64,000 nt of DNA, taken from NCBI RefSeq assembly GCF_006345805.1, contig NC_042998.1, positions 102,672,001 through 102,736,000 on the forward strand. The letters run 5' to 3'. Shown one piece after another: positions 40,480 to 53,269 of this stretch. The DNA is from Octopus sinensis (Eukaryota). Numbering within the stretch: the stretch's first letter is position 1; each line of letters opens with the position of its first letter. The translations under genes and the position numbers were made by a program. The notes under the pieces are model-generated. The model saw nothing but the letters and a program-made list of their open reading frames with translations. It had not been told where the DNA came from and did no database searches.

Positions 40480-41060
40480 GGAAAAAAAAGGTCAATTGCT
40501 TGTCTTCACACTTTTTCACATAATCCTAGACTTCATATGTGAAATGCCAGTGACAAGCTGCATGTACAAGAACAATATTAGCAGACAGACAGCCGCATAA
40601 TGGTATGACTATTGCAGGCAAATATGTACCCAAAAATTATTACAAGACAAGAAGAAATTTGGTCGCTCGAACCATGAAGTCCAAGCAGTCGAAAGCTTTC
40701 CTTTTAAGAGGAAAAATGAAGTTGAAAGACTGGTGAAGAAGTTTGTGATACTTGGGATATATGATAACAAGGTTACCTGCAACTTGTTCCTGACCGAAAA
40801 GCAGAGTTACTAGAAGTGGTCATTATTGAAAATGTTGAAGCAGGTTCCAGTATGTTTACGGATATGTGGTCGAGCTATAAAAATCTATTAATACGGGCAC
40901 GAATTAAACAGAGACTGAAGTACATATGTAGATCTAGTGGCGATATGCGCCGGTCGCATGTCGATCTACAGGGATTATACTGGTATGGAATGTGACAATT
41001 CCTGGGAGAATTACAATACGTTTATAAAGCACATAACGGAAATGTATCTGCAATAATTTA
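40480..41060 (+). mobile_element. Merlin/ISXO2-like DDE transposase remnant
   Basis: ILGIYD...LVPDRKAE.LLEVVIIENVEAGSSMFTDMWSSYKNL matches V.DR...TL...I...V.PGS.I.TD.W..Y. Confidence 0.55.
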
Positions 41061-41689
41061 AAGGTGTGTTACAAATAATTTATTTTAATAATATAATTTT
41101 CGGTGATTGTCTATAATTTTTTCAGTTTTGATTTCGAAGTATTAAAAAATTATTTGGAAATTATAAAGAGAAACGAATGGCCGAATTGGACTGTTCGTAT
41201 TTTAAAAGCGCGAATAAAAAAAAATATAGAGATAGAAAAACAGTGAAAAGTTTTGGAAATTAGCAAAAAAAAAATTTTTTTCTTTGCAATATCGTTTTAA
41301 TTACTTTATGCAGAAAATCCGTGAAAAAATAAAAAAAAATAAAGAGAGGTTTTTTGCACGTGCTTACATCGTAACTCCGCCGAAGAGTTAGTATTGGCGT
41401 TAGTAGTAGTAGTGCTTTAGTATTAACATTCGTTATAACCGTACTCCGACCTTCCTCCGAAGCGGGGATGTTCGCATCCTGGTTTATGCTGGTTATATTC
41501 CTAGGTTTACGGGTGTGGTTTATGATAAAATGTTCGGTGTTAGTGTATTCGCTGTTATGATTATATTTATGTAGTCAATAACTCTAATACGACCAGTACT
41601 ACTAGTAATAATAATACTACTATTACTCGACCACTACTACTGCTGCTGCTGCTACTACTAACTTTAGCTTGTCCATAAATTGTACATCT

Positions 41690-42200
41690 TCCCTCTCCGC
41701 AACTAACCCGCATAGATGGATAGCTGCAACTGAAGATCCGAGACCGAATGCCACAGAAAGCCCCCTGCAGAAGGTTTAATGTAGTATACAAATGCATTGT
41801 CCACAACATATTATATAATTCTATAAGCTACTACATCGGGTCTAATATTAATTTTAATCAGAGACATTCTGGACATGTAAATTCATTTAAATAAGAACAT
41901 AGCAAATCCCCGTCCCTAGCAAACTGCATACAGCATCTAATAAATAGAAAAGTACCGTATATGATATCAGCCAGCGCTCCACATGTGGTCTCCCCATGAA
42001 AGAAGCCCTCCAAATATTTTATTCATACTTCTCCGCAATTACTCAATAAACAACAGGGCGCATTTTCAACGTATAAGCATATGTCCTTTTGCAACACATA
42101 ACACTTACCTAAATATTTCCACGGTTGTTAGAATATACGAACATTTTCCTTTTCTTTTCTTTTTCTTCTGTATCAACATAAGTGCTTTAGAAGCTAGCTA
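41690..42200 (-). mobile_element. Possible decayed PLE endonuclease region
   Basis: YIICCGQC-like motif on the minus strand; weak. Confidence 0.3.
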
Positions 42201-42429
42201 ACTTTATTCCTTAAATTTTTAACTTGTAATTTACATATTTTTAACTTTTATCGTTTAAATTTTAATTCTTTAATTTGTATCCATTCTCTGTTTGATTATA
42301 GTTTTATCCTACATATATCCCCTTCGTTAGTCTGGGGTGTTGGTCTTTCTCCTTTCCCTACCCACTTTCTTTGGCGCTTATAGAGAAACCATTTCTCGTT
42401 ACCAGTCACTATTTGGTCCAAGAAAGGTT

Positions 42430-42830
42430 CATTCGTAAGACGTGATAGCAAAGAAGAGCGCACGTCCACTCTCTGCGCGCAATTCTACTCGAAAAGTTTG
42501 AGAAACACACTGACACAATTTGCTGGCATTTCCGATGGCACGCAGCTGTCGATGAATGGTTGAACGACCAAATCCAAGCTTGTCTGCTAGTTCCTCACGG
42601 TAGTTCCAAGCTTGTCTGCTAGTTCCACCAGAGTTTGCAAGTCGTCATCGTCGAGCTCTACAGATCTTCTGAAACAACCGTTGACACAGGCTTTCGCTTA
42701 TTGTCCGATCCCCATATACTGCGTTAATATTCTTTCTCTTGCGTTGTTACCTTTATTGAACTCATAAAGTAAAATATGCCGAATATGCTCCTTCGTCACT
42801 TCTATTACAACTTTGAAAAAAAATAACTGT
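42430..42830 (-). mobile_element. Mariner transposase N-terminal fragment with a local 32-bp tandem duplication
   Basis: EVTKEHIRHILLYEFNKGNN...VYGDRTIS...ELADKLGFGRSTIHRQLRAIG. Confidence 0.75.
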
Positions 42831-43454
42831 TAAAATCGAACTGCACTCTTCAATACTTACACTAAGAATAAGGACACGGTAAAATTACTACCTGCTTTTA
42901 TAGCAAGTTCATGCAGGTAGTTTATACCCTCCCCCACTCCCACCGACTTTTTGGTCAAGCAGCTGAAAATACCACTGTATTTATGGGATGACCCAATGCA
43001 ATTATTGATATGGTTGACACACTACGCTTTGATCGCTGGCGTGCGCAAGATGGTTTAAGCTGAATCTGAACAATTAATATAACACAATAATATTATTATA
43101 TATATTCTGAAGTAAAATGTATTTTAGAAATGTGTATTGGAAATATTTGTTAACATCTGCTATTCAGATTTCTAGCATATATATATATATATAGCTAAAT
43201 ATTTAATGTAAATAGATGGAGATTATATACAGCTATGAATATGTAAATTTGTTTAAACAATGACATGAAGTGGTTTATAAGTTATGACAGCTCTACAGAT
43301 AGCGCAGAACTGAAATATGGTCCTAAAATGATTATAAAGCCATATAAAAATGTGATAAATAATCAAAGTAGAATTAATGAATAAAATAAAACGCATTTAA
43401 AAGTTGTAAATATTAGCAACAAAGAAGCATAGAATTCGGTAAAAGGATTTAGAT

Positions 43455-43570
43455 TCTGCCAAGGTTGACTTTACCTTGTATTTTCGGTGTCGATAAAATA
43501 AGTGCCAGGTGCGGACTGAGGTTGATATAATCGATTTAGTTCCCTCCGCCGATATTCCTTGCATTGTGCT
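43455..43570 (+). mobile_element. Degenerate SINE 3' part
   Basis: gttgactttaccttg...gtcgataaaataagtgccag...tcgatttagttccctcc. Confidence 0.55.
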
Positions 43571-43769
43571 AAAATTTGAAACCAGTATGATTCTATTCTA
43601 TAATAGCGTACACTTTGTTGGCTTTCGTGACAAAGCACTGACAATTTCAAATTCTCTAACCTGTAATTCAAATTATTCATGATCATATGTACAATTACAT
43701 TATACAGAAATTTGATATCTTGTCTGCGCCAGTTTTCGACTTGAAGCCAATATGTGTAGCTGTTTACTG

Positions 43770-44520
43770 ATTGTAAAATTTAACAGTACTGAAGACAAAT
43801 GCAAGACACAAATTAAATCATTTTCCCAGTCACAATTTTCCACCACAGGCATATAATATTTATTTGCAATAAACAAACAAATAACCACATACAATCCAAA
43901 TAAATATAGTAATTTTCTAGATTTAACGAAATAGCAAAATATTAATAACGTTCTTTATAGCATTTGGGAAATGACGATATATTGTTGTATAATGGATGTA
44001 TTGATTTGTTTAATGTCTTTGGGAACATATATGGTGAAGACAGTAGTGAGACAATGTCTTACGTGTTATTGTGTTTCCGCGAAGAAGACAGATCTCGCTA
44101 GATCTTTCTCTCGATGTGGAAAGAGGTATTTGCATACAGGCAATCATATTTAAAAAGAGCAATGTTATTTTATAATATTCTTTCCATTCTTGGCTTTCCT
44201 TATGATGCAGTGGTTCGTTCAGCTTATTCTGTATAACATTCCGGAAATAAGAGCTTACATGTTACAAGATCTTCTGGTATGGAATATATTACATGTAAGT
44301 ACACTTCAAAAGTAAAAGTACTCATCTTTAGAATTCGTGTTCAGCTCCCGCGGCCTTTCAATTTGATCTAGGTGCTAATTCAAATCTGGTTATATGGTCG
44401 AACCTATGTGCGCCAATGGCCAAATTCCTGTAATGTAGTGAATTTCATTAACATCAGATCTACTGTAACCCAAATAAAGCTAATAATATCAATATTCACT
44501 ACATATAACCGTGATTCATT
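43770..44520 (+). pseudogene. Possible decayed cadherin-repeat fragments
   Basis: SFSQSQF (43818); AYSV*HSGNKSLHVTRSSG (44222-44278), resembling YsI..GN...F.I...sG. Confidence 0.25.
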
Positions 44521-45139
44521 GTATAATAAGACAGTTATAAATTGATCATCGATAATGCCTTCTATTGCTTTAACGATTCAATATATGCAGATGGTAAAAC
44601 TTTAATTACTTCTATTCATTTAATCACAATTTAAATAATACTCGAATAGAAAGCCAATCCAGTGTTTTAGTCATTCTTGATGGTGTAAGGTCAAACACTA
44701 AAATATTTATTATTATATTTCATTCCTTAACTGTTTTGTTTTCGCAGTTTTAATAAAGAAGCAAATGTCACATAAAATAAGATTATTAAATACAACTTTA
44801 TTTTACGCACAATATTCTAGATAAGCGAAATACGCCAAAACATATTTGTTCGATTATATCCTTTTAAAGTTAGTTATCATCGGTAACCACAAAATATTAT
44901 CGACAGAGCCACAGCTGCTGAAATCAAGTACTTAATAAGTACAACTCAACTTGATTTTGATGTATTAACGGGAAATGAATCAACGTTACTGCAGACGATA
45001 GAATTTTTACGTTGCTACGTAGTAAATATATTTATATATATTTTTATATTTATATATTTATATATATTTATATATTTATATATATATTTATATATATTTT
45101 TATATTTATATATATATTTATATATTTTAAATATACATA

Positions 45140-45199
<60 letters not shown>

Positions 45200-45778
45200 G
45201 CTTCTATTCGTTAATATGTATATATATATTTATAGATTTATGTATAGTTGTGTACATTTATATATTTATGTACATTTTTATACAGGTATATAGTTATAGA
45301 GAAAAGTTATGCATGGAATGATACGGAAGTAAGTAGTAATTTTGATAATATAATTTGAAGTGAAGTGAAGAATACAAAGATGCCAAATTACTACAAATAG
45401 ACTAGTGGTAAGGAAGAATCAGAGAGGAGGAAAGAAGGTATAATGGCATATGTACGCATGCATAATATCCCAGAAACAGCTGTAAAACTATTTCATTATA
45501 AATGTCCGGAAAGTTCCTCACAGCCTTGACTTTGTTATCTCATTCTATCTAACACACACGCATAAACACACACACAATCACACACACACGCACTGACCCT
45601 CACACACGTGCCCTAACAAACAAAAGGGAACGCAGTGTAAATAACGGTCATAGTCAAGACTATTGAAAAGGTTGCAAGACGCAACGTAAATTTTAGAATA
45701 TAAAAATATGAAATAAGTGGAAATTTTACCGGTGAGTGTGTTAAATAATAAGGCACTAAAAGACAATTAACTCTCCCC

Positions 45779-45849
<71 letters not shown>

Positions 45850-45962
45850 GTATATACCCACATGTCTGGAAAGCAACAAACAATTAATAAAACGGGAAAA
45901 TCAAAGTCGGAATTTCTTTTAGTAATAATAAAATATTCTTTTATACGCAATCATACACCTCC

Positions 45963-45999
<37 letters not shown>

Positions 46000-46020
46000 T
46001 AGATAGATAGAGAGAGAGAG

Positions 46021-46095
<75 letters not shown>

Positions 46096-46096
46096 T

Positions 46097-46201
46097 TATA
46101 ACAATAATTAAGAGTTTAGCAACATGTTGCTTCACCGCATACCGAAAAATGTTCGGTATGTGGTGAAGCAACTTCTTGTTAAACCCTTAATTATTGCTAT
46201 A
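46097..46201. repeat. Imperfect 50-bp-arm inverted repeat next to (TAGA)n
   Basis: Arms 46097-46146 and 46152-46201 with 6 differences. Confidence 0.85.
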
Positions 46202-46374
46202 CTTATATATGTATAATTAAAAAAAAAATCGTTTTGTATAAGTTTTTACCGAATATGGTTCTTTTCCATACCGAAACTACCCGGTAAAATTTATTAAAAA
46301 AATTTATAATTCTTTACCCTATATCTGTAATGATATATATATATATATATATATATACATAAATAAATAAATAT

Positions 46375-46419
<45 letters not shown>

Positions 46420-46464
46420 GTATGCATGTATGTATGTATGTATGTATGTATGTATCTATGTATA

Positions 46465-47215
46465 TGGTGTGGGTCATTTGAAGATAGTCAATAAACAATG
46501 ACTTTTGTATCCCCAAAAAGTAGACCATGAAACGAACGTGGCCTTCTTTGAAGCAAGGGAAGAAGGGAGTTTTCATTGTATACATTGTCTCTTAGTCTCG
46601 TTTTGGAGACATTCCAAGAAACCACCTGAATCTGCCTCAAACAATGTCAAATTTTCTTGTGATCAGCATAGTGCATCTCTGATCAGGTGTCTTCCTACGT
46701 GTCACCCACTGAGCAGGCAGAAATATCCGTCATGCCAAGTTTATTGTGCAGAATATTCTCAACTCTTACACCATAGCATTAACAAGTTAACTGATAGTAA
46801 ATTGCCTGTCATCCATCAGCATATACGATCAATTTTTTCCTCGATATTTGCAGTATAAGGAACTCCAGATTTTGTATCATCTTCAAGAATCCCCTTCCCC
46901 TCCTAAATTTAGATGACCACTTCTGTACTGTCGATAAATGTGGAGCCTAATCTCTTGATATAGCAAGTATGTCAGCGCAAATATCGTTGGGGGTTACATC
47001 ATTTTTCTGCACCACGGTGCCAAATTTTATCCATTTTCAAGAGAAGTCACTGCCAGTTACTTTAGAAATTTTCTTTGAACAATCATTTGTCAGTTTGCCT
47101 GAAATGAAGCAATGTATTTATTCATCAAGGAGGTTTGAAATCAATGCATACAAAATTTCACAGCTGTAGCATCACTCCTTTGTAGTTTGCCTATGGACTT
47201 TTCAGCTCACCCTAG
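46465..47215 (-). mobile_element. Decayed mariner, 5' two-thirds
   Basis: MDKIWHRG..., ILEDDTKSG, FIDYLQ; TIR-like end ttcagctcaccctag|ta. Confidence 0.7.
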
Positions 47216-47244
47216 TATAATGCAGCAGACCGACAACAAAATGG

Positions 47245-47700
47245 GTTCATGCTAAAGACTTTTGGTGAAATTCGAAAAGAAAGTGACTTTAATGTCTAAG
47301 GAAAATTATCGATAAATGGTTCTTCGTAGTGTTATTAATACAGGGTTCAGGTAAGACAGGTAATAATAGCATTGTTAACTGCCGTTTGGCAGGTATATCA
47401 TTAATAATGTGACATTATTAATATTACATTTTGCCGAGTGCTAGCAAGTTTCTTAGAGACTGACATAGCCATATATCATGCCACGAATGAAGTGATAAGT
47501 GCAGAGTGGAACACAATATCTAAAATATGATAGATACTGAACTGAATATATATCCTGCCAGACAAATTCAAGCAATATATTACGACAAAGGCATTTTAAA
47601 ATAGAGAAGAGGAAGAGTTTTACAACTATAGTGCAATTTAGGAAACACTGTCCACTGCTATCGAGAGAGACTGATGCGTAACTGAAGCTGCTGTGGAATA
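47245..47700 (+). pseudogene. Decayed protocadherin EC3/EC4-like fragment
   Basis: VHAKD (47245), LSINGSS, QVYH**CDIINITF (about 47390), ASFLE..IA, KFKQYITTKAF*NREEEEFYNYSAI (47564-47638). Confidence 0.45.
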
Positions 47701-48677
47701 AGTTATTTCAAATACATAGAGTTGCTAATCTACGACTCCTCCTGAAAGCAGTGTAATATGTATTTTAATACCCAGTCAAATGTGATGGAATGGCTCTGAT
47801 AACGGTGCTCATTGTCGCCATTGTTCATGTTAGGCATCGTTGGGGCATGTTCTGCTTGCATGAAAGTCTGCAAGTTTACTTTCTCAATCAAAATATTTCT
47901 CAAACAGTTAGCAAATTTCGCTTTTCCGTCCTGAATTAAATTCCGAAAGATGCAAACATTCTGATCAAAATTTTACTTCTACTTCATTTCGAGTGATGTC
48001 TTTTTTCATATTCAACAGTGAATATTCACTGTATTTCGGACAAAACCGAGAGAGAATTGGTAGAAATTACACTATTTCGTTATTTTCGCTCGACTATCAT
48101 TCTTATTGTATATAGGTTTCTATGTCATTGCTGATGCTTTTGTTCTTGTAACTGTCACTATCCTGAAAATCAAATTAGAGTTTTCCCTTTCTGATCAGGT
48201 ATTTGTGACTCTAAATCAAACTTAATTATACTTGTTTATTTTTGTTTTCATTAAATTCTTCTTACCCTTTGGTTTATTTTTCTCTTTTGGAGGCGTTACT
48301 CAGATCACTTAATGTCATTATAAAGCTAGCATTAAATATTCAAATAAATATAATTTAAGCGTAAAACTTTTACAAAATTTATTTGCATTGTAAAATAGTA
48401 AAGCATGTAAAATATTAATTTGATGATTTGTATAATTATTACTCCCAGCGACTATAAGTGAACGCAAGATAAAGTGAAAATTTCGATAAAATATCATTTT
48501 GTTTTCAAAACAAATTGAGAATTAATTGAATAAACTTTTATTGTCAGACAAAGGACAAAAAAGAAATGTGTTCTTATTCAAAATACGTGGAAAAACGAAG
48601 TCCAAATCAAACTACCAAGAATCTTAATGACACCGTTATATTCACTTAATAACAACAACAACAACAACAACAACAAC

Positions 48678-48734
<57 letters not shown>

Positions 48735-48735
<1 letters not shown>

Positions 48736-48845
48736 TGAGGGCACATGGCCTAGTGGTTAGAGCAGCGGACTCGCGGTCGAGAGATCGTGGGTTCGAATCT
48801 CAGACCTAGTGATGTGTGTGTTTATGAGCGAAACAGTTAAGCTCC
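48735..48845 (+). mobile_element. tRNA-derived SINE head following (AAC)n(AAT)n
   Basis: A box tggcctagtggttag, B box ggttcgaatc (48790-48799); no full cloverleaf or acceptor stem. Confidence 0.7.
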
Positions 48846-48859
48846 AGTTCGTTCTCGTC

Positions 48860-50115
48860 CACGCTACAGTTTTCCCCTAGAGATTCTTCGAACTTTCCCG
48901 CCACTAATCCTCTATAAATTTCTAAAGCCGAACATCCACCGATCCCACTGTCTGACTGATAGGAGGCTGTGAGCGTCTGAGGACGTTCTGGGTGCCAGGC
49001 GCCTAGACTTCGTCTGTTCTTCATCCAGGACTGTAACCGTCAAGGAGAAGGGTTGCCGAAAGACAAGCCTCACAAAAGGAACCCCCACACAATCACCGTC
49101 CAGAAATCGTTGCAGGTAGCGTAACCTAAGAGTATGTCCGTGCATTAGGGGCCACCCTATAACTAATGAGATACTCAGAGGATGTTGGCAACAGACTGAT
49201 CACCTGACCATTGCAACGCGTCTTCTCCATAAGAATTTAAATAAGAGACGTTCCAAATCTGTCAAGCAGTAACCGAGACAAGGAACGACGGTCAGGCAAT
49301 AAATGATAACGGAGGCAATGTAAGCATTCGCCACCTCTGTCCAACCTGGACAGCTTTCTCTCTGGGTAAGTCTGGCAACCCTGTCCTCCACCTCGTTCCA
49401 GTTCTTATCAACCTGGAGGTCGGCACCAAACAGGAATCCGAGCAGTTTAACTGGTCCGTCAGTCCAGTGTCCGACAACGCCGTCCGATGGCATCGTCGTG
49501 CCTCTCCAGGAGCCCAGCCGCAAACCCGCCGATTTGTCGGCTTTGATTTTCGCCGCTGCAACCAACTCATATTCTTTTAGGATTGTGCCGACTATCTCCA
49601 CTTCGGAGGCGTCTGACACCATAACGGTGACGTCACCCGCGTATGCCGATACTGACCTTTCTTGTCCCAGTTCGAAAGGGATGCTCCTTATCTGTTCCAG
49701 CTTTCGCAGCATTGCCTCGTGTGCCAATACTTACAGAAGAAGCGACAGTGGGTATTCCTGATGGACCGATCGTGTGATGCCAAACAGCTCCGATAGGTGG
49801 CCGTTTACTTTGGCCACTGAACAGGTGCCGCTATTCATTGCAGCGATCCAGCTTCTAAAAACGGGTTCGGAACCACCTGCTTTAAGAACAGCTTCCAAGT
49901 AGCGGTGATCGACCCTATCATATGCTTTCGATTGCCCCTTATTGATCAGAGCAGCCCCGAAGCCAACTTTGGTTCCAGCCAACTCTATGATGTATTGCAT
50001 ACGGTGGAGGTTGTTGGTAGATCTGCTCGGGATTGCGCACATTTTCCCTTCTCCAACAGGTAACCGAAAACAAGCGCCAGCCTTTTTACTAACACCTTGG
50101 CCAAAATCTTAAATT
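48860..50115 (-). mobile_element. Tx1/L1-clade LINE ORF2 (RT) fragment
   Basis: QSKAYDRVDHRYL, RSVHQEYPLSLLL, SAYAGDVTV (YADD-like), LLFKFLW. Confidence 0.85.
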
Positions 50116-50599
50116 ATGTGTGTAGAAGAGTTAGGGCCCAAAAATTCTCTAGTACGTTCCCACTGTCGGCGCACACTGGAACAGCAAGAATTCTTCAGTT
50201 TTCTTGAAGCATAAGCAGTAAACACGTCAAACATATGATGCCTGCGGACCAGCAAAATAAGCTGAGAATTTTCATAAAAGAAAAACATTAAAAAGAAATA
50301 TGATGATGCCGCTGCCATTGGGAACAGGCACCAAGCGACGGGAGAAATACATTGGGCAAACCATAGGAGAAAAAACCTAACATTAATTTAAATTTTGGCA
50401 TCCGGGGAAACCGTGAAATCAGCTATAACCTTAAAAATAATTTCAAAACCTTATTTAATAAATATCATGTTCTCTAAAGAAAGGGTAAGTTTGGGAAAGG
50501 GGTTCCAAAATACTGGAGGGGAAAATACACGATTATTCCGAAAACATGCACATAACCCCGCGTCACACATATACTCTAAATATACTAAATACGAATCTC

Positions 50600-51290
50600 G
50601 TCTCCAGTAGTTTTTGCCCTCTTATTGACGCATAATTCGAACCTATCTATGATGGTTTTTGTGACGATTGACCATACCTTGTGCATGTAACTCTACAATC
50701 TCTACGTCACTGTTGTCGAAATGAAAAAGGTGATGCTTCAGAGCCAATACAGCCTGGCAGTAGTTTTCGTCACAATCAATTCCTCCATTTTACAAGACAG
50801 TAAATTAAAGTATTCTTTCCACACAGCTGCAACTCTGCTGATTCTTTATCTTTGGTAACGTAGTAAAGACGAACTCAATATATTTCATCCAGCTTTCGCA
50901 AGTTTACTAAATGGCAGCAACTCATTCTCTAACTTCTTCACCTCTCTACCCTCTTTATCGCTCTGCTCTGGTCAACCTCTCTTTCTTCACTTTGCGTTTC
51001 AAGTAATAGTTGAAGATTATAACGGAAGCAATGTCAGAGTGTTTAACATCTGTCCCTAAGCTTGTCATTCGGGTCTCCTGTACAACTACCTTTTCAATAG
51101 CTACAACACACTTTATATCTAATCACTCATCGTTGAGAAAAGAAAGCAGTGATTCGGTCTTCATGATATTATCGGTTGATAAGCCGATATGGTTCGTAAG
51201 TTGAAAATAGTGTCGCAAATCTGTAACAAACGCACTCGAATAGTGTGTTAGACGCAAGCTTTCTTTATTTTCGCACATTTCACAAAACTT
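50600..51290 (-). mobile_element. Possible RTE-like ORF2 fragment
   Basis: VWKEYFNLL and W...TIIDRFELCVNKGK-like motifs; heavily decayed. Confidence 0.4.
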
Positions 51291-51376
51291 CAATTTCAAA
51301 CGTTATTATCCGTGCAAGCTATCCCCAATATACATTGTATCTAACCAGTATGCCTAGGCACCTTGCGCTTTTAAAA

Positions 51377-51938
51377 ACCTCGATATTTTGTAAATAGAGG
51401 AATTTATTTGTAAATACATAATATAGGACAATCAGTTAGTTGTCATATAATACTCAGAGTTTCAGATTAACTGATAAGGATACTTAATAACTTTTAGCTC
51501 GGGCATCTGAAAATCAGGGTATTTTTATGATAACTAACTGATTATCTTATATTTATGTAGTTATATATATCTGTACATCGGTTAAGGGGGATGCCGCTTG
51601 GCTAACCGGTTCGCGGAGCACCTCCGAAACATTAGACTCGGCTATGTTACCCCGCGCCATTTTCGCTTTACATGTCAATTATTACAGCACATGTCTCTGT
51701 TCGGGTTGTCTTTGCACAGGGGCCATATCGACTGACGCCTTCACCGAGAACAGAATTCATCTTCTCTCTTACACACTTACACACTCTCACATACACACCA
51801 CGCACACCCACCTTTATTTTGGGATCACCACTACTTTATTATCTCCACTTCTTCCTACATTTTTAAAACCAACTCAAACTACGTGAATGAAAATTACTTT
51901 TGAGAAATTAATTATTGACAGCTGACATTTCATAAAAA
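51377..51938 (+). repeat. Near-identical duplicated block, copy 1
   Basis: Matches 55821-56402 except about 3 substitutions and TA-tract length. Confidence 0.95.
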
Positions 51939-52099
51939 ATGCAATGTCTTACCTTCTCCCCACTCGCAGGTAGTGTCATTTAACTGTTCACTTATAACAT
52001 TTAACATACAGTTCATTGTTCACTTTTTACATCGTTTTTCAAAAGTCATTATTTAAAATTTTAAACATCTTACTTTACATTACGTATTCTATTAAGTCT

Positions 52100-52182
52100 T
52101 TAAATGCCACCATTGGTGGCCACTCATCGTACAGAACCTGTATCGGCGATATTTCGATTTTCTCTCCAAATGCCTCCTTCAC

Positions 52183-52219
<37 letters not shown>

Positions 52220-53030
52220 AAAAACTGCCTTATAGCCCTCTCCGATAACTTAACTAATTACATGTTTCAGTTTTGCAATTCTTTTCTCGATCTCCACAAT
52301 TTTTAAATAATTTGTGTTATTCTTTTGGTATCTCTTCCCGCTTTCCATAATTAGTCTCTCCTGTTGTTCCTGGTATCGGTGTCTCATTCTTCTCTGTATC
52401 TCTCTTACTCGTTGTTGTTGGTATCTATCTTCCATCTTCCTTTCTTTTCTGCACATTTATTTTCTCATCCGTAATAATTCCCTTTGGTATGGCTGGTCTT
52501 ACCCACTGAGTCTCCTCTATGTTTTACTTCCTTTTTTCAGCGGACTCTTGGGTGGTGAATTCACGTTTTCTTCTTTCTTTTTTCTACTGTATACTTTTCT
52601 CCCACATTTTCTGTATTCTTTCCGCCTACTTACATTTGTGCCCCTTTGTTCTTCTTCCTCTTCCTGCTGCTCTTGCTCTACTTCCTCTTCGTGTTTCTAG
52701 GGACACCTTGCTTTTATGTGTCCCCGTACTCCGCAGTCGTAGCAGATGGTAGGTATTCCTTCCACTAACACTCCCAGTTTTAAATCCTCAGGCAATACAG
52801 TCGCTTCTGTGATTTTATGCAAATCCTGTAAACTGATTTGGACCATCACCTCGAAGCCGTTTCCCCATCAGTTTACCTCTGCTGTTCTTGTAACATTGGG
52901 AATTCTTGTTTCTTCCTCCGTATTGAAGAGGATGTCTGCCACCAGCTACGCCTCATCGATCCAAGAAAAACAACATAACCTTTTTTATATTTTCTGCCGC
53001 ACGTAAATTAGAATTTCTTCCTTTTGAACA
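52100..53030 (-). mobile_element. LINE ORF1-like fragment with a CCHC zinc knuckle
   Basis: VEGIPTICYDCGVRGHIKARCP (CX2CX4HX4C) at about 52710-52775, followed by charged low-complexity sequence. Confidence 0.6.
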
Positions 53031-53269
53031 GGAGCTATATTTGTCTCGTTGATTTATTATAATTATTTTCCATTTTATTAAAATTGGCTTTTAATTCACA
53101 CGCACACACGTGCGCATAATTCTTTTATAAGATATTTTTAACTTTCGAAATATTAGCACAAATGACTGAAATATGCCTTATAGAGGAACTTTGAAAAATA
53201 GTTTTTGAAAAAAAGTATTTGAAACGAAACAAGTAACTATAAAGAATGGCTGTCCAACACCGAAATTAC

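Noticed and set aside
42573-42626. Two 22-bp direct repeats with a 10-bp spacer (CRISPR-like look)
   Set aside because: Only two units; it is a 32-bp tandem duplication inside a mariner transposase remnant in eukaryotic DNA
48735-48810. tRNA-like sequence with A and B boxes
   Set aside because: No complete cloverleaf; it continues into SINE body sequence, so it is a SINE head rather than a tRNA gene
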